DNA of 44,912 nt, taken from the NCBI GenBank assembly GCA_964494655.1, contig CAZBRM010000002.1, forward strand, positions 1-44,912, in the 5' to 3' direction. Below, in pieces: positions 8,204-15,599 of the stretch; the first letter of the stretch is position 1; each line of letters starts with the position of its first letter. Origin of the DNA: an uncultured Candidatus Saccharibacteria bacterium (lineage in GTDB: Bacteria > Patescibacteriota > Minisyncoccia > Portnoybacterales > UBA2143). Below the pieces are notes generated by a model. It was not told where the DNA came from. It searched no databases and saw nothing but the letters and a program-made list of their open reading frames with translations. A program made the translations under genes and the position numbers.

Positions 8204-9235
8204 TTATTCCCAAGTAATATCTTGATGTGGTTCAACTATTTCTATCCATGTTTGTCCAACAACAAAAGGAATTTCTTGATCAGTATTTTTATCTAAAAAT
8301 TTAAGTTTGCTATATGGATTCTTTTCGCTTTTTTGCCAAATACAGTCAATAACAATTCCATTCTGATAAATTTGACACTCACCCGTTCCTTCAAGATCTA
8401 AATCATTATAATCCGGGTTTTCAATTTGTTCTGAAAAAACTCTCATCACTACAATATTTTTAGCTTTAACTTGTTGATTATTACTCTTATCTATTTCTTT
8501 TGAATTAGTTCTATATCGCAAATATGAATTAATTTCTGAATCATATTGATATGAAACATTATATGGATAAGAATAATTTATTCTTAAGATCTTGTTATGC
8601 GCGTTATTGTTACTTGCTTCCTCAATATGAGAATATCCTTCAAATTCATTTTCTAAACGATAATTATATTTCTGAGCGCTATTTATTAATTCCTCTATTG
8701 AAGTAAAACCATTATGAGGCCAGGGCATTCCATCTTTGCGATAGAAAGCTTTATAAAGATTTATCATCGCATCAATATTATCCATAATTCCATTATTCAA
8801 TTTATCTAAAGCAAAGTGAGATCCGCCCCAATGGACTAAAATAGCGTCTATTCCTTGGGCTAAGGGTATAAAATCATGGCGCGCGCTACGTAAAGAGCCT
8901 ATCTCTTCTGGAGAATTACAAAGATAGACAGCCATCAGACGAGTAATACTATTCGTAATAACCGGCAGCTCAAAAATTAAATCTGCCTTAGAAAGCCCAG
9001 ACAATGGACGAGTTACTGGATCATTGGCTAAAACAATCGCTAATGGCCTTCTATTATAATTATCGCAAGATAATCCGCTTAAGGGGCTAATATTATTATC
9101 TATTCTATCAATTAAATTAGTTGATTGATTTTCTATATCAATAGTCCTATCTAATTTATTAAAAATAAAAATTAGCCCTAGGGCTAAAATAGAAAAAATT
9201 AAAATTAAAAAAATTTTATTTTTTACATTAAACAT
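8204..9235 (-). CDS. DUF3048-family secreted/lipoprotein-like protein
   Basis: 343 aa with an N-terminal TM/signal segment. RPLAIVLANDPVTRPLSGLSKADLIFELPVITNSITRLMAVYL matches my recollection of the DUF3048 (YerB-like) N-domain pattern. Confidence 0.7.
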   Translation of the reverse strand: MFNVKNKIFLILIFSILALGLIFIFNKLDRTIDIENQSTNLIDRIDNNISPLSGLSCDNYNRRPLAIVLANDPVTRPLSGLSKADLIFELPVITNSITRLMAVYLCNSPEEIGSLRSARHDFIPLAQGIDAILVHWGGSHFALDKLNNGIMDNIDAMINLYKAFYRKDGMPWPHNGFTSIEELINSAQKYNYRLENEFEGYSHIEEASNNNAHNKILRINYSYPYNVSYQYDSEINSYLRYRTNSKEIDKSNNQQVKAKNIVVMRVFSEQIENPDYNDLDLEGTGECQIYQNGIVIDCIWQKSEKNPYSKLKFLDKNTDQEIPFVVGQTWIEIVEPHQDITWE

Positions 9236-9244
9236 TTCTCTGAA

Positions 9245-9628
9245 TTAAACACTGCTTTTTTTTAAAATCTCTTCAATCTTGTTAACAATTTCATCAGGAG
9301 TAAAATGTGCTTTAATTAAATAATCTTCAGCGCCTAATTTTAATCCTCTTTCAACTTCTTCCTCTTATCCTAAATTACTCAAAATGATAACTGGAATATT
9401 TTTTGTTTCGTTGTCTTTTTTAATTTCTCCAAGTATTTCAAATCCATCCATCCCAGGCAAAACCAAATCTAATAAAATTATCTCATATTTCTTCTCTTTA
9501 ATTTTTTTTAATGCTTCTTTGCCATCAATAGCCACTTCAACGCTAAAACCGCTATTATTTAACTTACGAGACATAAGTTCTCTAAGAAACTTATCATCTT
9601 CAACTATAAGTATTGACTCTTTGTTCAT
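9245..9628 (-). pseudogene. CheY-like receiver-domain response regulator interrupted by an in-frame TAA
   Basis: The 87-aa ORF ends ...[10 protein letters not shown] at TAA (9367..9365). The same frame continues without any stop for 39 codons (EEEVERGLKLGAEDYLIKAHFTPDEIVNKIEEILKKSSV*) and completes the receiver fold (alpha4-beta5-alpha5, conserved K). In the paralog next door the stop aligns with Q of ...SNSGQPVEL. Confidence 0.7.
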
Positions 9629-9632
9629 ATAA

Positions 9633-9998
9633 TTAATCTAATTGTTTTTTAACTTTATCAACAACTTCGATAGGATCAAAATCTGTCTTAATTAACCAAT
9701 CTACAACTCCTAATTCTTTAGCTCTACTTAATTCTACTGGTTGACCTGAATTAGAAATAATGATTATTGGAATTCCCTTAAGATTGTCATCTTTCTTAAT
9801 TTCTTCCATCACTTCAAATCCTCCCATTTTAGGCATAACAATATCTAGAAGAATCAAGTCAGGCTTTTCCTCTCTTAATTTTTCTAATCCTTCCAAACCA
9901 TCTCTAGCTGCATTAACTTGATAACCTTCCTGAATTAATTTTTTTTGAATAAGTTCAAGCAATATTTCTTCATCTTCTATAATAAGAATTTTTTTCAT
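9633..9998 (-). CDS. stand-alone CheY-like response regulator receiver
   Basis: 121 aa, [11 protein letters not shown]...[18 protein letters not shown]...[10 protein letters not shown]...WLIK has all the receiver hallmarks (DD, D, S/T, K). No output domain. Confidence 0.92.
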   Translation of the reverse strand: MKKILIIEDEEILLELIQKKLIQEGYQVNAARDGLEGLEKLREEKPDLILLDIVMPKMGGFEVMEEIKKDDNLKGIPIIIISNSGQPVELSRAKELGVVDWLIKTDFDPIEVVDKVKKQLD

Positions 9999-10013
9999 AA
10001 TTTTTAATAATAT

Positions 10014-11582
10014 TTATTGTTTTATTGGTAAGCTAAATGTAAAAATAGTTCCTTTATTTTTTTCACTTTTAAAATTTATTTTACCGCCATGAGCTTCAAT
10101 TATATTCTTACAAATAAATAATCCAAGTCCTGTTCCTTCTGCGTCTGATTTAACAGCATTATCAGCTCTGAAAAATTTACTGAAGATACGGTCGTGTTGT
10201 AAATTTGAAATACCTATGCCATTATCTTCAATTATAACATATACAAAAATTTTATCAAAATCCAATGAAATTGTCACCTTTCCGCCAGCTTTGTTATATC
10301 TGATTCCATTATCTATTAGATTCTGGATAACAAGCGTTATTTTTTCCTTATCAATTTTAATTTTAGGCAATTGTTTTTTTGGCTTTTTAAATATTAACTT
10401 AACTTTTTTCTCTTTACTTAATCCAATTAAAAGATCATTAGTATCTTCTATGATTTTTTCTAGAGAATATACTTCGCGATTATAGATAAAACGGCCTTCT
10501 TCAATTCTGTTCACATTAAGCAGGTCATTGATTAAAAGAATCATTCTTTCATTACTTTGATAAGCTTTTTTTAAAAATTCAATCTGTTCTGAAGAAACTT
10601 TGCCAACATCCCCATCTAAAACCATATGTAATGACCATTTAATAGCTGACAAAGGTGTTCTTAATTGGTGCGCTGCTATTGCAACAAACTCTGTTTTCAT
10701 TCGGCTTATTTCCTTATCACGCGTAATATCATGCATAATAATTATCGTGCCAACTATTTCCTCACCAGAAGCGATGGGCACAATAAGTACATCAAAAAAT
10801 CTTCTTACTGGCTTTTCCAAAATAAATTCATACCTTTGTCCTGTCCATTCTATTTTTTTACCTATTGCTTCATATAACTTATTAACAGCTGAGAAATCAA
10901 GGATTTCTTCTATTCTCTTGCCAATAACATCGCTTTCTTTTATTTTTAATTTCTTTTCTGCGTCAGGGTTAACTAAAGTAATTCTTTTATCTTTATCAAA
11001 GACAATCAAACCATCAGTTATACTAATCAAAGCGGCTCTTGTTTTGTTCTGTTCTTCTTCAACTTTCTTTCTTGCTTCTTGCGCGTCTTCTAACATGTTA
11101 ATTAATGCTATTTTTGCTTTTTCTAAATCATTTGTTCTTTCCTCTACTTTTTTTTCTAAACTTTCTTGAAATCCTTTAATTTCAGTAATATCTGAAATAG
11201 CTAAAAAACAACCTATTATATTATTCTTATCGTCTTTTCTTATTGAAATAGAAATACTTACTGGAATCCTCTTTTTATTATAAGCGACAAGAATCACTTC
11301 GCGACTCTTAACTATTTTGTTTTTTAAGGTCTGTTTAAAATATTTTTGAATTAATTTCTTATTTTCAAATAAAAATTCTATCCCCTTACCAATAATAATT
11401 TCCTCATCATAACCAGTAAAATCATTAGCAGCTTTATTTGTATCAACAATAATACCACTTGGATTAATGGTATAAATAGGCAAAGGTAAAAATATAGAAA
11501 GCTCTTTAATATATCTTTCTAAATTCTCTAGATCTTCTTTAATTTGTTGCGAAATAAAAGTGTCTTTTTTTTCTTTTATCAT
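10014..11582 (-). CDS. soluble PAS-PAS sensor histidine kinase
   Basis: H-box AAHQLRTPLSAIKW, N-box QNLIDNGIRYN, G1 IEDNGIGI, G2 GTGLGLFICKNIIEAHGG, and two PAS-like segments. I saw no TM segment. The track start at 11597 is TTG. The ATG at 11582 lies 1 nt after the upstream gene's TAG. Confidence 0.9.
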   Translation of the reverse strand: MIKEKKDTFISQQIKEDLENLERYIKELSIFLPLPIYTINPSGIIVDTNKAANDFTGYDEEIIIGKGIEFLFENKKLIQKYFKQTLKNKIVKSREVILVAYNKKRIPVSISISIRKDDKNNIIGCFLAISDITEIKGFQESLEKKVEERTNDLEKAKIALINMLEDAQEARKKVEEEQNKTRAALISITDGLIVFDKDKRITLVNPDAEKKLKIKESDVIGKRIEEILDFSAVNKLYEAIGKKIEWTGQRYEFILEKPVRRFFDVLIVPIASGEEIVGTIIIMHDITRDKEISRMKTEFVAIAAHQLRTPLSAIKWSLHMVLDGDVGKVSSEQIEFLKKAYQSNERMILLINDLLNVNRIEEGRFIYNREVYSLEKIIEDTNDLLIGLSKEKKVKLIFKKPKKQLPKIKIDKEKITLVIQNLIDNGIRYNKAGGKVTISLDFDKIFVYVIIEDNGIGISNLQHDRIFSKFFRADNAVKSDAEGTGLGLFICKNIIEAHGGKINFKSEKNKGTIFTFSLPIKQ

Positions 11583-11583
11583 A

Positions 11584-12183
11584 CTACTCCCATTCAATTA
11601 CGTATTCATGATACAAATCTTTGTCAAAAGCGCATTTTGTTTCCTTTATAGTCATTTTATCTGTTTTAACAACAAGATTAGCTATGGCTTTAAAATATCC
11701 TTTAAAATAAGCGCAAAGAATAGGATGAATTTTAAAATCCATTAAATGAAGAACTAATTTTTTGTTCTTTATATCAATCTCTGGAGCTTCAAGTTTTCCA
11801 ACAGAATAATGCTTTTCCCAATACTTAGAACTTTCTTCAAATGTTTTTTCGATAGAAACAAAATATCTTAAAAGCGTCTTAACAATGAAGGAATGTTTTG
11901 GAGCAGACATACCCATATTAATAATCTCTTTCCCTCCCCAATTAAAAGTTTCTTCAATAAGCAATAAAGATAGAATTCTCCATCCTAATGGATACCAACC
12001 AGTAGATTTTATTTCTTTGCCATAAATATTTTTTTGTCCAAGAGCTTCAAGTTTTTTTCTTAATTCATCTAATCCCTGCTCCCCTTTCTTATCCAAAACA
12101 TACTTAACATCAGTATGGAATACAGCGCCTCTTGTTTTACCTTTTATTTTTAAAATCTCTTCTACTTCATTTTTATCCAACAT
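11584..12183 (-). CDS. DUF2378 (TIGR02265)-like / V4R-like putative ligand-binding protein
   Basis: 199 aa. The pattern KG..GAVF....KYV....G..GLDEL......GWYPL...L...I.......G...A.........W.....G.LE........L.L.DF....ILCAYFKGYF.......V.....TKCAF.......Y.IEW fits my recollection of DUF2378. Family assignment is from memory only. Confidence 0.5.
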   Translation of the reverse strand: MLDKNEVEEILKIKGKTRGAVFHTDVKYVLDKKGEQGLDELRKKLEALGQKNIYGKEIKSTGWYPLGWRILSLLLIEETFNWGGKEIINMGMSAPKHSFIVKTLLRYFVSIEKTFEESSKYWEKHYSVGKLEAPEIDIKNKKLVLHLMDFKIHPILCAYFKGYFKAIANLVVKTDKMTIKETKCAFDKDLYHEYVIEWE

Positions 12184-12197
12184 AATATATTTTTAAG

Positions 12198-12914
12198 CTA
12201 TTTTTTATCTTTTTTTAATTTTTTAATTTCTTTTTTTAGTTCTATCATTTTTATCTCCCTATCTATAGTCAATCTACTAAATCTTTCTAGTTCACTAATT
12301 TTTTTTCTAAGCTCTTTTGTTTTCTGTTCAATTATCTGTTCTGTTTCTTTTTTACGAGTAATATCGCATAAAATGATCATTAATCCAAAGATTTCCTGAT
12401 TTTGCGCAATTACTGGAGCAGTTCTTACTTGAAAAAACTTTTTTGGTTGTTTGCCTAAAATCAATTCGTATTGCTTATTAGCTAATTCCATATGAGCTCC
12501 TAGAACCTGACAAAGTTTGTTTATATTAACAAAATCAGTAAGTTCAATTAAAGAAATTCCCAATAAATTCTTATTTTCAACACCTAAAATAGCCATTGCA
12601 TTAGGATTAATTAAAACTATTTTATGGTCTTGATCAATCATAATCAACCCATCAATTAAGCTGTTAACCACCGCATCAGTTTTTCTTTTTTCCTCAATTA
12701 ATCTTTCTCTAGATCTAGAAAGTTCGAAATCTTTTCTAACCAACATTTTGGCAATTTTATCTATTTCAGACAATTCTTTCTGTAAACGTTCTCGTATTTC
12801 TAAAGATTCTAAATCTCTTTTAATTAATAATTTAACAATATGATCTAATTCCTTTAATTGTTCCTTTAACTTTTTTATTTCTTTTCTTTTTTGACTAGAT
12901 GTAAGAATCTTCAT
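12198..12914 (-). CDS. coiled-coil + PAS domain protein (kinase-less paralog of the adjacent kinase's sensor)
   Basis: 238 aa. The central PAS (DAVVNSLIDGLIMIDQDHKIVLINPNAMAILG...FFQVRTAPV...GLMIILCDITRKKE) aligns with the second PAS of the 10014..11582 kinase (AALISITDGLIVFDKDKRITLVNPDAEKKLK...FFDVLIVPI...GTIIIMHDITRDKE). Lys/Glu-rich coiled-coil flanks. No DHp/CA domain. Confidence 0.7.
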   Translation of the reverse strand: MKILTSSQKRKEIKKLKEQLKELDHIVKLLIKRDLESLEIRERLQKELSEIDKIAKMLVRKDFELSRSRERLIEEKRKTDAVVNSLIDGLIMIDQDHKIVLINPNAMAILGVENKNLLGISLIELTDFVNINKLCQVLGAHMELANKQYELILGKQPKKFFQVRTAPVIAQNQEIFGLMIILCDITRKKETEQIIEQKTKELRKKISELERFSRLTIDREIKMIELKKEIKKLKKDKK

Positions 12915-12948
12915 TTTTTATTAAATGATAATTTTAAAAAATTTATTT

Positions 12949-14136
12949 TTACCCTAAAACTAGAATACACATCGTCTCATTATGAAAGACAGAATTGCAA
13001 ATATTAGATTCGATGTTTCCGCCCAAAGGAGCTTGTTCTCCATAAGTATAAAAACCAATTAAAGGCGTTTCTTTTCCAAGAATGTCTTGGATAGCTGTTA
13101 TCTCTTCTCCAACACGAGAACCAAATAATTTATAACGAGCTATACAGTCAAAAACAAAAACAGCCTTAGGTGTGTTCCCTTTAAGACAAGCTAAAGCATT
13201 TTCAGCTGCCTTTTTAGCGGCTTCAATAGCTTTATCTTGATCCCCAATCATTAAACGAATTTCTGAACCTTGAGGAATTTCAGCTGCGCAAGTAATCTCT
13301 CCTTTCTCATTAGCAATAACAACGTCTCTAATTAAAAGCTCTGAAGAGCCTTCAACGCTCATGCCTAATGGATATGTATAAGCTAACCTGGCAATTGGTT
13401 CTTTTGTTAGCTCTTCTGCTTTTTTACCAAAATAATCCTCATAAATCTTTAAAGCTGGTTTATTGTTTAATTCTTTAAGCACTGCTCCTTCTGATTTAGT
13501 AACTTTCATTGGTAAACCAATTGGCTCCCATCCATGTTTAACTCCAATCCCCCAAGAAAATTTTCCAGATAAACCGACTCCAACTACAGCATCATTTAAA
13601 ACTTTATCCTGATAATAGACAAAAGTCTTTTTAAAAACAAAATCATCGCCAGCTGAACCGCCTATAATAGGAAAGTGCTTTCCTAAAACCGACTGCATTC
13701 CTCTAACAATAGCTGCTCCATTGCCAGTTAATCCTTCTAAAATACTTATAAAGAGAGAAATCTTTTGAGGGCTTTTTTTAATAACATCATCTGCTGCCGC
13801 CCTTCCAGCTTGATAACTATCTGCTTTTACATTTTTACCTAATCCAATAGTAAATTTAATCTGATCCGAAGCCATAGCCATAACAGCTACATGTTTATTG
13901 ATTGGGCCTTGTGTAGTAATTTCTCCAGAATCACTACAACCGACAATTAGAGCTCCTTGAGCAGCCATATTTACTCCTTGAAGCATTTTTTCCTGATTTA
14001 AAGATACAGAAGAAAAAACCATGATTAAATCAGGTTTTTGTTTAATTTGATCAATAGCTTGCTCACAAGCATCTTGACCTGCTTTTTTAGAATCAACATT
14101 ATTACTTCTACCAACCCCCACTTTAATTGATTTCAT
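12949..14136 (-). CDS. FIST (FIST_N + FIST_C) sensory domain protein
   Basis: 395 aa with ...LIMVFSS...GCSDSGEI...IIGGSAGD...FVFDCIARYKLFG...LIGFYTYGEQAP..., the characteristic FIST_C ending. No TM and no output domain. Confidence 0.8.
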   Translation of the reverse strand: MKSIKVGVGRSNNVDSKKAGQDACEQAIDQIKQKPDLIMVFSSVSLNQEKMLQGVNMAAQGALIVGCSDSGEITTQGPINKHVAVMAMASDQIKFTIGLGKNVKADSYQAGRAAADDVIKKSPQKISLFISILEGLTGNGAAIVRGMQSVLGKHFPIIGGSAGDDFVFKKTFVYYQDKVLNDAVVGVGLSGKFSWGIGVKHGWEPIGLPMKVTKSEGAVLKELNNKPALKIYEDYFGKKAEELTKEPIARLAYTYPLGMSVEGSSELLIRDVVIANEKGEITCAAEIPQGSEIRLMIGDQDKAIEAAKKAAENALACLKGNTPKAVFVFDCIARYKLFGSRVGEEITAIQDILGKETPLIGFYTYGEQAPLGGNIESNICNSVFHNETMCILVLG

Positions 14137-14218
14137 ATTTTTTCTTTTCTAAAATTATTTAAATTTTTCTAAGAAAAAACTAAATAATGTTAAAAACTTT
14201 TAATTAATTTATTATTTA

Positions 14219-15091
14219 TTATATCATAGAGAACCTCTTTACTAAAGTGTTAAAGTCCAAGCTTTTTAAAAACTTATTAACTTTATCTCTATTATAATCC
14301 CCCCATTTTGATTCTTTTAAATTAAAATCAATAGAAATATCTAATTTGATAGTGGCCAAATACTGGCTAAAAAAGGCCTGTTCTTTATACTCTAATAATC
14401 TTGCTTTTAATTTAACATTTAGATTGCTAGATTCTAAATTTTTATAAAGCTTTTCCAAACTTCCAAATTGTTTAAGCAATTCAATTGCTGTTTTCTCGCC
14501 AACACCAGGAACTCCTGGAATATTATCAGAAGGATCTCCTTTTAACCCCTTAAAATCAATTATCTGATCAGGTCTTAATCTATAACGCTTAAAAATTTCT
14601 GACTTATTATAAATAAAAGAATCTTTAATTCCTTTTTTAAAAGTATAAACACTCACATTATTATTAACCAACTGTAAAACATCTAAATCGCCAGTAACAA
14701 TAAAACTGTTGATTTTCAATTTTTTGTTTTGAATTTTTTTAACAATTGTGCCAATAAGATCATCAGCTTCAAATCCTTTTTTTTCATAAATAGGTATATT
14801 AAAAACACTGACCATTTTCTTTATTAAGGGAATTTGATCATATAACTCTTGTGGTGGCTTTATTCTTTTAGCTTTATAATCTTTATACTCTAAATTACGG
14901 AATGTAGGGCCTGGCAAATCAAAAGAAACTACTAGATAATATGGATTTAAGTCTTGAATAACTTTAAAAAGAATACTTGCAAAACCATAAACAGCATTAA
15001 CTAATTTACCTTTTTTTGTTTTCAAAGGTGGCAAAGCATGAAATGCGCGATGAATTAATGCATTGCCATCTATAATTACAAAATTTTTCAT
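14219..15091 (-). CDS. stand-alone 5'-3' exonuclease (Pol I N-terminal/FEN-like)
   Basis: 290 aa, MKNFVIIDGNALIHRAFHALPPL...GFEADDLIGT...VTGDLDVLQL...GDPSDNIPGVPGVGEKTA (H3TH). No polymerase domain follows. Confidence 0.9.
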   Translation of the reverse strand: MKNFVIIDGNALIHRAFHALPPLKTKKGKLVNAVYGFASILFKVIQDLNPYYLVVSFDLPGPTFRNLEYKDYKAKRIKPPQELYDQIPLIKKMVSVFNIPIYEKKGFEADDLIGTIVKKIQNKKLKINSFIVTGDLDVLQLVNNNVSVYTFKKGIKDSFIYNKSEIFKRYRLRPDQIIDFKGLKGDPSDNIPGVPGVGEKTAIELLKQFGSLEKLYKNLESSNLNVKLKARLLEYKEQAFFSQYLATIKLDISIDFNLKESKWGDYNRDKVNKFLKSLDFNTLVKRFSMI

Positions 15092-15516
15092 TTAATTACA
15101 ATTTTTCTTTTATTTTTATCTAAGTATTCAAATTTGAGCCATAAAGCATTTTTAGGCAAGATTTTTTTTACTTTCTCAGCCCACTCGATAACAACAAGAT
15201 TGTGTTTATTATCGATAATTTCTTTAAAATCCAGCTCTAATAAATCTTTATCTTCAATCCGATAACAATCAATATGATACAAAAAATCATATTTTTTCAT
15301 AATTACAAAAGTGGGACTGGTAATTCTTTGTTTAATTCCTAATCCTTTAGCAAATCCCTGAACAAAAGTAGTCTTACCTCCTCCTAAATCTCCTTCTAAG
15401 GCAATAATTACAGCTTTATTTTTTTCTTTTTTTTCTTTGATTATCTCCTCAGCTAAAAATTTTCCTACTTTCTGCGTCTCCCCCGCGCTTTTAGTTATTA
15501 TTTCTATATACTCCAT
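15088..15516 (-). CDS. tsaE: tRNA t6A37 biosynthesis ATPase TsaE (YjeE)
   Basis: LEGDLGGGKTTFVQGFAKGLGI...ITSPTFVIMKKY...HIDCYRI. The track start at 15582 is TTG and adds an implausible hydrophobic extension; the ATG at 15516 (MEYIEII...) follows a GGAG. Its TGA overlaps the next gene's ATG (ATGA). Confidence 0.85.
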   Translation of the reverse strand: MEYIEIITKSAGETQKVGKFLAEEIIKEKKEKNKAVIIALEGDLGGGKTTFVQGFAKGLGIKQRITSPTFVIMKKYDFLYHIDCYRIEDKDLLELDFKEIIDNKHNLVVIEWAEKVKKILPKNALWLKFEYLDKNKRKIVIK

Positions 15517-15599
15517 ACGCTTTATACTCCAGTATACTATATTGACCATAAAACTAAAATAGAATAGAATTATGGTAATCAATAACTTGAAGTAATAAA

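Noticed and set aside
10600-11169. 189-aa plus-strand ORF, plus others at 10216..10485 and 10665..10877
   Set aside because: They lie entirely antisense within the histidine kinase gene, whose motifs are unambiguous. Their Ser/Ile/Phe-rich composition is typical of the reverse frames of AT-rich, Lys/Glu-rich genes.
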